DNA from: Eledone cirrhosa
Taxonomy: Eukaryota
Direction of reading: 5' to 3'
DNA: 64,000 nucleotides
Assembly (NCBI GenBank): GCA_964016885.1
Contig: OZ024744.1
Span: forward strand, 35,464,001 to 35,528,000
Below are positions 42,484 to 54,504 of the stretch, piece by piece. Position 1 is the stretch's first letter. Each line of letters begins with the position of its first letter. Under the pieces are notes generated by a model, which had not been told where the DNA came from, did no database searches, and saw only the letters and a list, made by a program, of their open reading frames with translations. The position numbers were made by a program, and so were the translations under genes.

Positions 42484-43122
42484 ATATATATATAGAGAGA
42501 AAGAGCTATATATTATATAAGAAACACAGTATATTATATATATATATACCAAATACATATCCTCTAGAAGAATATGTTCACAGGTGGAATCATAAGAGAA
42601 ACCTTATAGTGCTATTTCATACCTGGAGAGTGTAGCTAAAAACCAATCTATGTAATCGATCATTGACTTGTTGAGCTTGGTGGCTATAATCCCTGCTCCT
42701 ATTTCTAGCAGAGTGGATATCTATTTGTATTGGGTTTAACATGATTTTACCATGTGCTTCTCACCATGGTGGTAGCATTGGATTTAGCTGTGATATTCCC
42801 AGATATATTGATTTATTTACCATCTTCATTCTATATTTCCCTTAGAATGGTCAGACTAAACTTCTGAAGAGTACCTGAATCTCATGTGGTTTAATTATAA
42901 TCAATAGTTTGTCTTCGATGATCGATTATATTGATTGATTATTTCTATGATCGATTACATAAATTAATTTTTAGCCATACTCTCCAGGTATGAAATAGTG
43001 CTATAAGGTTTCACTTATGATTCCACCTGTGTACATATTCTTCTATGGAATATGTACAATATATATACAATATACTGTGTTTCTTATACAATATATAACT
43101 CTTTCTCTCTCTATATATACAT
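42484..43122 (+). mobile_element. ORF-less PLE-like hairpin element, arms ~42484-42641 / ~42967-43122
   Basis: diverged inverted arms bounded by (TA)n; hammerhead inside. Confidence 0.75.
42858..43011 (+). ncRNA. type-I hammerhead ribozyme motif with ~105 nt stem II insertion
   Basis: AAACTT CTGAAGA G TACCTG...CAGGTA T GAAA TAG-TG-CTA TA AGGTTT. Confidence 0.7.
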
Positions 43123-43354
43123 ATATCTTTTTCATTTGGTTATATATATATGTGTGTGTGTTTGTGTGTGAAGACGGCAAATTGTGTGGGTGTGGGCATG
43201 ACTATGTTCACATTTACTATTGTGTCTGTGATTATATTTCATAAATTAGTGGCTCATCAAAAAAAGATTGGTAAAATAAGTTCTGGGGTTGATATGATTG
43301 ACTTTTAAGCAGTGTTTCACTATGGCTGCAGTCAAATCACCAAAACCAGTAAAA

Positions 43355-43397
<43 letters not shown>

Positions 43398-44014
43398 AAA
43401 AAAATGAAAGAATATCTGTGTGTGTGTGTACGTATGTGAATAATTCTTATCCCCTTTTCAAACCTTACTAGCAGGGAGAATTGATGTTAAACTATGATGA
43501 AGATAATAATGATGATGATACTTATATGTGTATATTTAATGAAGATATATTTTAGTCTTAATCCTCATTCATAGAACCAACAATAGACCATGTGTTTAAA
43601 TGACAATGCTCTCTTTGCATAATTGACTGAATAATAACTGGACTATTTACACTTGGTTATGGTGGTACAAGCAAGGCACACATATGCTCCTAATTAATTT
43701 CCGCTCTCTTCCATGTATAGACCTCTCATATATATATACCTTTATTTTCAACTTCCCACTCCCTCATCTATTATATCCACTGTAATGCTACCATGTAGTC
43801 AGGTAGGTGTGGTACATCACATGTCTATACTCATTCCCTCAATCCTCACTCATTATTACTATTTATATTACTATTATCATTAACACTGAACTTCTCCAAC
43901 CATCACTCATCCATCTTTTTACCAATCTACTACCTTGAAAGCATTGGCATATAGGTCATTTGTTCTGCATATATTCAGTGCCCTGCCCACTATCACATTG
44001 CATTAACCATAGCA

Positions 44015-44106
<92 letters not shown>

Positions 44107-44107
44107 G

Positions 44108-44228
44108 ATGAGATTCTACAGGACTAGAACTGTTTCATTCTTTAGAAATCATCACTTTTATACTCTGCTATGTATTGAGTACCTTACTTACTGTGGTTAC
44201 CTCCGTTTCAACCCGGAATAACTTACCT
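44108..44228 (+). mobile_element. mini PLE insertion (same family as 46017) with inverted hammerhead remnant
   Basis: tail TATACTCTGC..TTGAGTACCTTACTTACTGTGGTTACC shared with 46095-46138; minus strand TGATGA TTTCT-AA-AGAAT GAAA CAG TTC. Confidence 0.6.
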
Positions 44229-44481
44229 ATATATATATATATATATATATATAAGCATCGCATGGTGACCTGACCTGGCATTTCTCACAACAGGACAACT
44301 CGTCTAACCCATGCTAGCATAGAAAAAAGGATGTTAAATGATCTTGTCTTTCTGAGGCGTGTATAATGAAAGAGTTGTGATAATTAAATAAGCACTTGGT
44401 TGCTAAACTAACTGATGAATGGATTAGTTACTTGACTAATAATACAATAGTGTAATTCAACTAGTGCATATGTTTTTATTG

Positions 44482-44589
44482 CTAGCATGACCCTCCCAAA
44501 GTATAGTGATATATATCTATATATATATATATATATATATCTATATATATATAGATATATATCACTATACTTTGGGAGGGTCATGCTAG
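44482..44589. repeat. near-perfect palindrome around (TA)n
   Basis: CTAGCATGACCCTCCCAAAGTATAGTGATATATATC / GATATATATCACTATACTTTGGGAGGGTCATGCTAG. Confidence 0.9.
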
Positions 44590-44610
44590 ATATATATATA
44601 TATATATATA

Positions 44611-45065
44611 AGAATATGCGAAGTAGTCAGATGTTAAAGTCCCTTATTGATAAGGTTGTGATACATATTTCAATGACGACAGTGGCCAGGTGATTCCACA
44701 CAACCAGTGCCATGAACTCATCAGACAGCTTCATTATATAATAAGGTTATGTTCTTGACAAGGGAACGGATGGAAGCTTCAAAAACTTCATCTTTGTCCG
44801 TTCACTTGTTGTTTTAGTTTGGATTGCCCCGAGAATGTAACCTTATTATGTAATGAAGCTGTCTGATGAGATCATGGTACTGGGTACGCGGAATCACCTG
44901 ACCACTGTCGTCATTGAAATATGTATTGCAGCCTTATCAATAAAGGACTTTAACATCTGAAACTACTTTGCATTTTCTCATTCTAAATATACTCCATCAT
45001 TCCTATGTGGAAATTAATTGTATGTAGAATGCTTCAATTGAATTACATCAATGTTTACCATAAGT
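44611..45065 (+). mobile_element. ORF-less PLE-like hairpin element, arms ~44611-44755 / ~44832-44978, plus tail
   Basis: inverted arms, each containing a hammerhead; tail ACTC..GTAGAATGCTTC. Confidence 0.8.
44858..44932 (+). ncRNA. hammerhead ribozyme motif (mirror copy 44655-44729, minus)
   Basis: GCTGT CTGATGA G AT..(~40 nt)..AT T GAAA TATGTA TT GCAGC; mirror copy ends GAAATATGTATC ACAAC. Confidence 0.7.
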
Positions 45066-45220
45066 ATACATTTACAGTCTGTTTGCTTTTTACGTGAATT
45101 CGCTTTAATGCCTCTTGAAAAAATTATTAAATATTCACTTTGCACTATAACGTGTGTGGTTTAAAATTTTTATTATTTATCAGATATATAATTTCTTTAT
45201 TTACATATTAAAGCAAACAG

Positions 45221-45267
<47 letters not shown>

Positions 45268-46000
45268 AATTAGTATATTTACTAACATATATATACAGAT
45301 GCATACCTATGCCAGCAAATATATAGGTTTTGTCTTAGTAACTTTGTGGTTCAATGCATGGGATGCAGAACAATAATATGAGAGACGTAAAATAAGAAAA
45401 TTATAAAAATTAACTTACTAAAATTTCACTCCAACTAATTAGTTTCTGAAAGGGAATAAACGTAGTTTCCGAAGAAACGTACGGAGAAGCCTTTCGTCAT
45501 CATGGAAGTCTATTCTCAGCTAAGTTTCCAGGCAATGCGTGGACACAGGGAACTTATACAAAAATAATTCAGTGGATGGAAAAAAGCAAAGCGTGGACTA
45601 AGTTCCAAGCCATTGAAAAAATCACTGCCTACTGCGTCGGTGGCAAATTCTAAAGAATCAATCACGTGACATCGAGGTCAATCAGTGAAGAGTGGTTTGT
45701 TAAGAAGACAGCAGCCAGACTGTTACTATGAACTATACTAGCAGTTTTGGCCAATTTTGGCTCGACAAAATAATTTTGAGATAATTATAAAAAATTAGTA
45801 TATTTACTAACATATATATACAGATGCATACCTATGCCAGCAAATATATTGGTTTTGTCTTAGTAACTTTGTGGTTCAATGCATGGGGATGCAGAACAAT
45901 AATATGAGAGACGTAAAATAAGAAAATTATAAAAATTAACTTACTTAATTTTAGTAAGTAAGTTAATTTTTATAATTTTCTTATTTTACGTCTCTCATAT
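45268..46000. mobile_element. element with ~155 bp direct repeats (45268-45419, 45793-45945) and a terminal hairpin (45902-46000)
   Basis: direct repeats near-identical; last ~45 bp re-copied in inverted orientation; bounded by (TA)n. Confidence 0.7.
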
Positions 46001-46016
46001 ATATATATATATATAT

Positions 46017-46155
46017 ATATTTAATATACAAAAGCTTCTACAGGACTAGAAAATTTGTGAGAAATCCTGTAGAAGCTTTTGTATATTAAATATTTATACT
46101 CTGCTTTGTATTGAGTACCTTACTTACTGTGGTTACCCCCGATTGAACCCAGGAT
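46017..46155 (+). mobile_element. mini PLE-like hairpin plus tail
   Basis: ATATTTAATATACAAAAGCTTCTACAGGA / TCCTGTAGAAGCTTTTGTATATTAAATAT, then ACTC..GAGT tail. Confidence 0.75.
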
Positions 46156-46171
46156 ATATATATATATATAT

Positions 46172-46397
46172 ATCATTCCACTGCAAAGTGGTCGTGGAGG
46201 TGCCATGGCAAAAAAGCACCTAGCCCACACTGTAAAGTGGACGTGTAGGCGCCACGGAAAAAAAACACCCAGCACTCACTGTAAATGAGGTTGGTGTTAG
46301 GAAGGGCATCCAGCTGTAGAAATTAAGCCAGAATCAGTTCCCGTCCCACCCTTGCAAGCAGGGAAAAGCGGGCGTAAAATGATGATGATGATGATGA
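46172..46397 (+). mobile_element. 5'-truncated SINE family B
   Basis: matches 47503-47683. Confidence 0.8.
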
Positions 46398-46600
46398 TAT
46401 ATATATATATAACCATAGGGAGCATAGGTTAGTATATGTATATGTACACATAGGGATTTCCAGAAGATGATTGAGAAGAAGATACTGTTCGTTTTACTGT
46501 TTGTCGTTGTCCTACACACAACTAGAGTGTGGATTGCACATCCCTGGGCAGTTAGCTTCCTATTAAAATTATATATATGTGGGTGGGTGTGTGTGTTAAA

Positions 46601-46785
46601 TAATTGTTTCTACTTTTGGCACAAGGCCAGCAATTACTCCAGTGCATTACTGGTACTTTATTTTATCGACCCCGTAAGGATGAAAGGCAAAGTTAACCTC
46701 GGCGGATTTGAACTCAGAACGTCAAGAACCATAACTATGCTGTAAAGCATAGTGTCTGATGCTCTACCGATACTGCCAATATACC
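46601..46785 (-). mobile_element. SINE family A
   Basis: reverse complement of the consensus. Confidence 0.75.
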
Positions 46786-47298
46786 CTATATTACTTGTGA
46801 AAAGAAATAGACTATAACAAAGCAAAAAAAGCCACTGAACATTTAGAAACCTGTTGAAGTATAAATATGTGGAAGTGTATTTTATAATTCTAGTCCTATC
46901 TGCATAAGAAATATTGGGTGTGGCAATATTTGGGTCACTTCATTAAGGTGTATGGTATATTTTCTGTGAGTGGGTGTGTTTGTGTGTTTGTCTGTGAGTG
47001 GGTGTGTTTGTGTGTGTTTGTCTGTGTGTTGGTGTGTTTGCAAACCAACGACAATATGTATATTTGCAAGTGTATTTGTGTCCAGGTCTGTGCATGTCCA
47101 TATATATTTGAGTGTTGGTTTGTGTTTGTCTGTGTGTGGGAATGTGTTTCCATATCTGTCTATGCATGTGTGTGTCTGCAAGTGTATGTATACTTGTATA
47201 TAGCTAAGAGGGTTAGCTATTAATTCAAAAAGTTGTTTATGAAAATATAATGAAGTATCCACACCAATTATATTCAAGTTTACATATATATATACATA

Positions 47299-47332
<34 letters not shown>

Positions 47333-47333
<1 letters not shown>

Positions 47334-47683
47334 GCACATGGAGGCACATGGCTTAGTGGTTAGAGCATTGGCCTTGCAATCGAAAGGTTGTGAGTTCAAT
47401 TCTCAGACCGGGTGATGTGTTGTTTCCTTGAGCAAAACACTTTATTTCACATTGCTCCAGTTTACTCAGCTGTAGAAATGAGATGATAGGGACTGGTGTC
47501 CATATCATTCCACTGCAAAGTGGTCGTGGAGGTGCCACGGCAAAAAAGCACCCAGCACTCACTGTAAATGAGGTTGGTGTTAGGAAGGGCATCCAGCTGT
47601 AGAAATCAAGCCAGAATCAGTTCCTGTCCCACCCTTGCAAGCAGGGAAAAGTGGACGTAAAATGATGATGATGATGATGATGA
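47333..47683 (+). mobile_element. full-length SINE family B
   Basis: A-box TGGCTTAGTGG, B-box GAGTTCAATTC, RTE-like (GAT)n tail. Confidence 0.85.
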
Positions 47684-47701
47684 TATATATATATATATAT
47701 A

Positions 47702-50133
47702 TAGTAATAATAATAAATTTGAAGACTAAAATTCAAAGAGGGTTCGATAAGGATAAATATATATCAGATATATAAGAACTGTAGAGCAAAATAACAGATT
47801 AAAGTTTAAGCAAAGAATCGCTGCTTTCATCCTTAACGGGATCTTCTAAAACTAAAAAAGTCAATCTGTGAATGCAAAAGTAAATATTTCAAAAAACGTT
47901 GCAACCGAAGGAAGACAGGAAGACGATACTTTGGTTCGTGGAAACGTTCTCTGGCAAAGAACGGGAAAAAAAACCGAAGATAATACGTTATTATTTGGTG
48001 CAGTGAAAACAATTACACGCGAAGACAAAACCACGTTTATGGTATAAATGAAGTCGTAGACTAATATTCTATTAGGTGGTTCATGGAGACTCACAGCCTT
48101 CTTTAAAGGCTTCAACCTCTCCATACAGGTTGAGGCCAACCTCTCGGTTGTTAATTAACTCAACGTTACCTTCGATTTGTCGAATGGCTTGCACTACCCG
48201 TATAGAAAGCCGAATGATACGCTTAATTACATAAGTAAGCATTCTAACCATCCTGCCAGCATAACCAAGGACCTGGTAAGAAACGTTTCTTTGAGGCTTT
48301 CCCGTCTATCTACAAACGAGCATATTTTCAACGACCATTCCACATATTACAATGAAGCACTTGCTTGGAGTGGATTTGTCGATAAGGTAGCTTATACAGA
48401 GTACGAGAATAGACCTAGGAAAAATAGATCCCGACGCATTATATGGTATAACCCACCATATAATATGAAGGTGGCCGCACCTTTAGCTAAGATCTTTCTC
48501 TCCCTTATTATGAAGAATTTCCCCCCAACACATAAATATAGTAACATTTTTAATAGAAATACCATTAAAATTTCTTACTCTACAACTCCTAACCTAGCAC
48601 ATAATATCACAGCTTCAAATTTAGCTAAATTACCTAGCTGTAGGAACACGTGCAACCCTGTAGCTAGTACTAACTGTAATTGTAGGAATCGGGTTGACTG
48701 CCCCCTATCCGGGAAATGCTTCTCTAGTAACATTGTCTACAAATGTAAGGTTGAAACACCCATGTCCTGTAGGGCCTACATAGGGTTAACCGCCAATAGA
48801 TTCAAGCAGTGTCTTTACATGCATACCCATTCTTTTCTTAACCCTTTAAGAAGGAATATGACGTCACTTTCACCTTATATATGGAGTCTAAAAGACAACC
48901 ACACCCAATATAAATTACACTTGGAGATCGTAGCTAAGGCTAGATCGTATAATGGAAATAAAAGACCATGTGACCTCTGCGCTGCTGAGGCCCTGGAAAT
49001 ACTCTACACCAAAATCCACATCTTAAACAAAAAATCTGAGGCAATTTCGGCTTGTAAACATAAATTGCACAAAATTTTCCTGTATTACAGTCCCACATTA
49101 TACCCTAACGGATAGTACGAATTATACGCGGCTATTTTACGTCTTGATGTGGTAGCTAAGTATATGTTATGTTTATACCATTACTTATTTGTATAGGTAA
49201 GTATATATTACCTGTATGTTTTGTGAAGGTACGTATATTTGCTTGTATATGTTATTGGCGTATATATTATATATACTGGTACATGTGCATTTGGTTATGT
49301 GATTACGGGAGTTTTGCGTCTGTGTGAGTATGTGGGTTTGTACGTATGTAGGGTGTGTGTATATGTGTACTTTGTGTTTTGGTTGACGTACGTCCGCGAA
49401 CATATGTGTCTTCACATGTGGGTGTGTGTGCGCACGCGTTGTATACGTATTTATGTGTGTATATTTATATACGTTTATTTAATTATGTATACACACACAC
49501 ACACACATGTATATATATTTGTTTTTATTTATTTTTTTATGTGTATTTGGTGTATACGTTCGTATGTGTGCGGTACAGGCGTTGCGTGGGTTCTGTACGT
49601 GCGTGTGTGTATTTTTTTATTTTTTACTTTGTTGTGTACGTGCTTGTATTTGTATACCCATGGGGAGTGGTTTCGCATATGCTTGTGTATGTACGTATAT
49701 GGATGTGTGTATGTATATATTTAATTTCAATTACCTCTGTATTTTATTTACTTTATTCTTAACTAGGAAGCCGAGAATCATTCGGTTTCCTAAATAGAAT
49801 TTTAGTCTATGACTTCAGTTATACCATCTTTGCGTGTAATTGTTCTCATTGCTCCACATAATGACGTATTATCTTTGTTTTTTCCGTTCATTGCCCGAGA
49901 ACGTCTCTATGAACCACCTAACGACTTCATTTATACCATAAACGTGGTTTTGTCTTCGCGTTTGTTTTCACTGCACCAAATAATGATGTATTATCTTCGT
50001 TTTTTTCCGTTCTTTTCCACGAAACAACGTATTTTTGAAATATTTACTTCTGCGTTCACAGATTGACTTTTTTAGTTTCAGAAGATCCCGTTAAGGGTGA
50101 AAGCAGCGATTCTTTGCTTAAACTTTAATCTGT
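47702..50133 (+). mobile_element. Penelope-like element (Neptune-type Cys-rich linker), 5'-truncated, with inverted arm and tail at left (~47702-48090)
   Basis: ORF 48177-49115; 47793-48088 is the reverse complement of ~49905-50133. Confidence 0.9.
48177..49115 (+). CDS. PLE RT C-terminus/thumb + Cys-rich linker + GIY-YIG endonuclease (partial)
   Basis: YRKPND..YISKHSNHP, IIWYNPPY, IKISYS, CNCRNRVDCPLSGKC, IVYK..YIGLT..FKQ, CDLC..E. Confidence 0.9.
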   Translation: MSNGLHYPYRKPNDTLNYISKHSNHPASITKDLVRNVSLRLSRLSTNEHIFNDHSTYYNEALAWSGFVDKVAYTEYENRPRKNRSRRIIWYNPPYNMKVAAPLAKIFLSLIMKNFPPTHKYSNIFNRNTIKISYSTTPNLAHNITASNLAKLPSCRNTCNPVASTNCNCRNRVDCPLSGKCFSSNIVYKCKVETPMSCRAYIGLTANRFKQCLYMHTHSFLNPLRRNMTSLSPYIWSLKDNHTQYKLHLEIVAKARSYNGNKRPCDLCAAEALEILYTKIHILNKKSEAISACKHKLHKIFLYYSPTLYPNG

Positions 50134-50134
50134 T

Positions 50135-50478
50135 CATTTCATTTTCATTTCATTTTACGTCCGCTTTTTCCCTTCTTGCAAGGGTGGGACGGGAACTGAT
50201 TCTGGCTTGATTTCTACAGCTGGATGCCCTTCCTAACACCAACCTCATTTACAGTGAGTGCTGGGTGCTTTTTTGCCGTGGCACCTCCACGACCACTTTG
50301 CAGTGGAATGATATGGACCCCAGTCCCTATCATCTCATTTCTACAGCTGAGTAAACTGGAGCAATTTGAAATAAAGTGTCTTGCTCAAGAAAACAACACA
50401 TCACCCGGTCTGAGAATTGAACTCACAACCTTTCGATTGCAAGGCCAATGCTCTAACCACTAAGCCATGTGCCTCCAT
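50135..50478 (-). mobile_element. full-length SINE family B
   Basis: near-identical reverse complement of 47338-47665. Confidence 0.85.
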
Positions 50479-50503
50479 GTTATTTTAATAAATATATATA
50501 TAT

Positions 50504-50800
50504 ATACAAATTAATATAAATTAATATATGATAAACACTAATACAATTATATAAGTGTTTGTATTGCAAATGACCAAGTTAGCTAGATTGAAAAATACTA
50601 GTAAATAGATTGAAAAATACTAGTAAAAACATAGTATTTTTCAATCTAGCTAACTTGGTCATTTGCAATACAAACACTTATATAATTGTATTAGTGTTTA
50701 TCATATATTAATTTATATTAATTTGTATTTCACGGCTCAGAAATATCTCATTCTTTGAGCTATTTAATTGTAAAAGACTTTGAGTTTATAACTCTATATA
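50504..50800 (+). mobile_element. ORF-less perfect hairpin (arms 50504-50600 / 50632-50728) plus tail
   Basis: ~97 bp arms; tail GCTC..GAGC..GAGTTTATAACTC is related to 41078-41150. Confidence 0.85.
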
Positions 50801-50874
50801 TAGTATATATATATATATATAAATCCGTATGTGATTAACATGAGAGAAAAGAGTACTCATTACAGAAGTACAGT

Positions 50875-51098
50875 TTAACACTTTAGCATTTAAACTAGCC
50901 ATATCCGGCCAGAATTTTCTCACCTTTTTCTGTTCAAACTGGCTGTTTGTCACTCATACTGATGTTAAGGTATTGTTCTCAACATAAATAATATTAGAAT
51001 CTCATAGATTCAATATTATGTGAGATATTATGTGAGATAAAGCCTTTACCATGAAAATACAATAGTATATATAGAGAAATGTAAATGCTAAAGGGTTA
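50875..51098. mobile_element. TTAA-ended MITE
   Basis: TTAACACTTTAGCATTTA...TAAATGCTAAAGGGTTAA. Confidence 0.8.
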
Positions 51099-51606
51099 AA
51101 TATTCATTTATTATGGTTAAGTAGTGAGTGGGTACTTCATTAAATTTATATATATCATCATCTTCATTGTTTTACACCTGTTTTCCCTGCTAGCAAGGGT
51201 TGGATGGGTCTACATAGGCAAAGTCATTACTGAAGCTGGGCTACTGGTCTCGCAGAGCGGCTGAGGGATCAGCATCTTGCTTACATGTGGTCATACATTA
51301 TATTGAATGCAGTGGAGAACTTGTCATGTCTTTTGACACAAACTGAAGGGTCCTTCCAACCCCTTGTTTGGCAAGCTTTCTATGGCTGGATGCCCTTCTT
51401 AACACCAACCACTTTACAGTGTGAATTGAGGGCTTTTATCATGTAGATCGGTATTAGGGCGGTTCTCATATCCTTGACACAACTGAGGGTCCTCCCCACC
51501 CCTGGTTTGGAAAGCTTTCTATGGCTGGATGCCCTTCCTATCACCAACCACTTTACTGCATATATTGGATGTATTTCTCATGTATATCACCAACATATTT
51601 ATAGAA

Positions 51607-51797
51607 GGGCGGTGGATTGGCAGTATCGGTAGAGGGTCTGACGCCATGCTTTGCAGCAAAGAGTTACGGCCCTTTAAGGTCTGAGTTCAAATCCCGCTGA
51701 GGTTAACTTTGCCTTTCATCCTTACGGGGTCGATAAAATAAAGTACCAGTAATGTATTGGGTAATTGCTGGCCTTGTGCCAAAAGTAGAAACAATTA
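51607..51797 (+). mobile_element. SINE family A
   Basis: full consensus match. Confidence 0.85.
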
Positions 51798-52856
51798 TAT
51801 TTATAGAAGATGTAGTATGCTCAGATGTAGAAAACACTATAAAATAGCTTATAAAATAGATTAAATACCTTTAACAATGGAAAAAGAAGTTGCCAGCATC
51901 TGCTATGAGGGATCAAACTTTATATCTCTCAGATACCAGCTGTGTGTTTTCATCATTGATCTAAGGGACCTCTGACAATGTTTTACGGTCTAAATTAAGG
52001 AGCTGAATCAAACAGCTGTTTGAAAATGTCAACAAATAGTGTATGCAAAGCTTGAACTTTGAACTTATGAAGCACAGATAGGATAAAGTTTAGAGAAGAT
52101 GTAGTTTGTTCAGGCACAGTAAATACTATAAAATAGGGTATTTACCTTATTTTATAAGGAGATGACCCAGGATTGATAAAACTGGCAATTTTCCATAATA
52201 TGGGGAACCTACCTTCCCACACAAGTGGAATGAATGCAGCAGAAGCAGGATGGCTAAACTACCTACCCCCTTCCACCCTAAACCTGAACAAGAAGAGAGC
52301 TGTTACAACACTCAAGTTCCATCTCCCATCTACTAGTACACTCCTGAAATCCCTGCCACCATGTCTCTGATCTCTTTCTCCACCCTAAATCTGAAGAAGC
52401 AGAGAGATAGACCAACTCTCAGGTCCTCACCTGCCTATATACTCCTGATTCCTTCACTCTACCCATGTTAGCATGGAAATTTAGGAGGAACCTTGACTGA
52501 TTCCCTTTCCCTGCTGAAAGCCTGGCGCACACCCAAATGACTGACACCACACAAGCACATGCTCCAAGCAGTATATATATATAAACTCCACCTTTTAGGC
52601 CACCAAGGAAAACTGGGCACCACCACGACCCTCTCTCCTCCAGTAATGAAATGATGGATCCCTGCCTCAACCCTCTCCCCAGCACAACCATGTACACTAA
52701 ACACTCTAGTGTTGTAAGGAAATAGTGTTGGTGTCACCACAAAGTCACCCAGTTCATTCTGTAAGGTGTTAGTACTGGTAATATGACAAAAAACACCCAG
52801 TCCACCCTGTAAAGTAGTAGTGTTGAAGATATGATAAAATGCTCCCAGTGCACTTT

Positions 52857-53505
52857 GTAAAGTAGTTGGTGTCAGGAAGGGCATCCAACCATAGAAACCA
52901 TTATCCCTGTACATGCAGTAAAGTGGTTGACATTAGGAAAGGCATCCAACTGTAGAAACCATGCTCCCTGTACATGTTGTAAAGTGGTTGACATTAGGAA
53001 AGGCATCCAACTGTAGAAACCATGCTCCCTGTACATGTTGTAAAGTGGTTGACATTAGGAAAGGCATCCAACTGTAGAAACCATGCTCCCTGTACATGTT
53101 GTAAAGTGGTTGACATTAGGAAAGGCATCCAACTGTAGAAACCATGCTCCCTGTACATGTTGTAAAGTGGTTGACATTAGGAAAGGCATCCAACTGTAGA
53201 AACCATGCTCCCTGTACATGTTGTAAAGTGGTTGACATTAGGAAAGGCATCCAACTGTAGAAACCATGCTCCCTGTACATGTAAAGTGGTTGACATTAGG
53301 AAAGGCATCCAACTGTAGAAACCATGCTCCCTGTACATGTTGTAAAGTGGTTGGCATTAGGAAAGGCATCCAACTGTAGAAACCATGCTCCCTGTACATG
53401 TTGTAAAGTGGTTGACATTAGGAAAGGCATCCAACTGTAGAAACCATGCTCCCTGTACATGTTGTAAAGTGGTTGGCATTAGAACAGACATCCAGCCATA
53501 GAAAC
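52857..53505 (+). repeat. 61-bp minisatellite (~10 copies) inside a SINE/RTE-3' UTR-like element
   Basis: unit GTAAAGTGGTTGACATTAGGAAAGGCATCCAACTGTAGAAACCATGCTCCCTGTACATGTT. Confidence 0.95.
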
Positions 53506-53751
53506 TGGGCCAAAACAAAGCATATGAGCAGGATCACTCTGGCCTCAGCATGTGACAGCCATCTAACCCATGCAGACATGGAAAATGTATGTTAAACAGT
53601 GATGTTGATGATGATGAATAATGATAATTGTGAAGGCCAGATGTAGATATAAATGGACATACTCTCATAGTACCAACATCCAATTTGTCTATCTTCTTAT
53701 AGGTAGCCTGTATTGCATTCGAAATGTTGCATAACAACTTATAACTTAAAA

Positions 53752-53832
53752 TGCTGACTGATGAAGTCGTGTTTTATGGTTGCGTGATGACAGCATTATG
53801 TAATTATTACCACAGAAATATGTATCATGGCA
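53752..53832 (+). ncRNA. hammerhead ribozyme motif with long G-U-rich stem II
   Basis: TGCTGA CTGATGA..ATGGTTGCGTGATG-ACAG-CATTATGTAATTAT..GAAA TATGTA TC ATGGCA; stem I partly mismatched. Confidence 0.55.
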
Positions 53833-54327
53833 GATTATTAATGAAATGAATTATGAATATATGTATATCTACATGAGGAAGGAACCCAATGATTGAAGAG
53901 AATCTGTGCTAAAAACGACCCATTCTGCCAGTGCAAGCATGGCAAAATGGATGTACAACTGATGAGGATGATGGTGGCAATGATATATATCTATTATCAT
54001 AATCATTGTCAAATATCCATTTTCCACACTTGCATAGGTTAGGTGGGCTACGTCTGAGACAATTCAGATCAGGTGACCATGTTTTACTCATATGGATCTG
54101 TATTTTTGGCTTGCTTTCTACGACTGGATGTCCTTCCTAACACCAACCATATTACAGTGTGGACTGAGTGCTATCATTGCACCAAAACGACCACCTTACC
54201 CGGTGAACTAGGTGCTTTGTGTCATGTCACGAACACGATCACTTTACAATGTAAACTAAGTGTTTGTCGTGTCACCAGCACCAGAGAGGATCACTGCAGG
54301 CTAGTGTATCCTCTGCACATGTGAACA

Positions 54328-54504
<177 letters not shown>

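Noticed and set aside
47341-47415. tRNA gene
   Set aside because: A/B boxes are present but continue into a SINE body; multiple dispersed copies
48177-49115. Homing endonuclease or host GIY-YIG gene
   Set aside because: RT-thumb context, inverted arms and a second copy identify it as a Penelope-like element
50079-50112. Hammerhead in the Neptune-type PLE arm (CAGAAGA TCCC-GTTAA-GGGT GAAA GCAGC), also at ~60372-60402 and 62877-62910
   Set aside because: Core is CAGAAGA rather than CUGANGA in all copies and there is no clear stem I or III; might be a variant, not called
52857-53505. 61-bp periodic array as CRISPR
   Set aside because: Whole unit is repeated with no spacers; derived from SINE/LINE sequence
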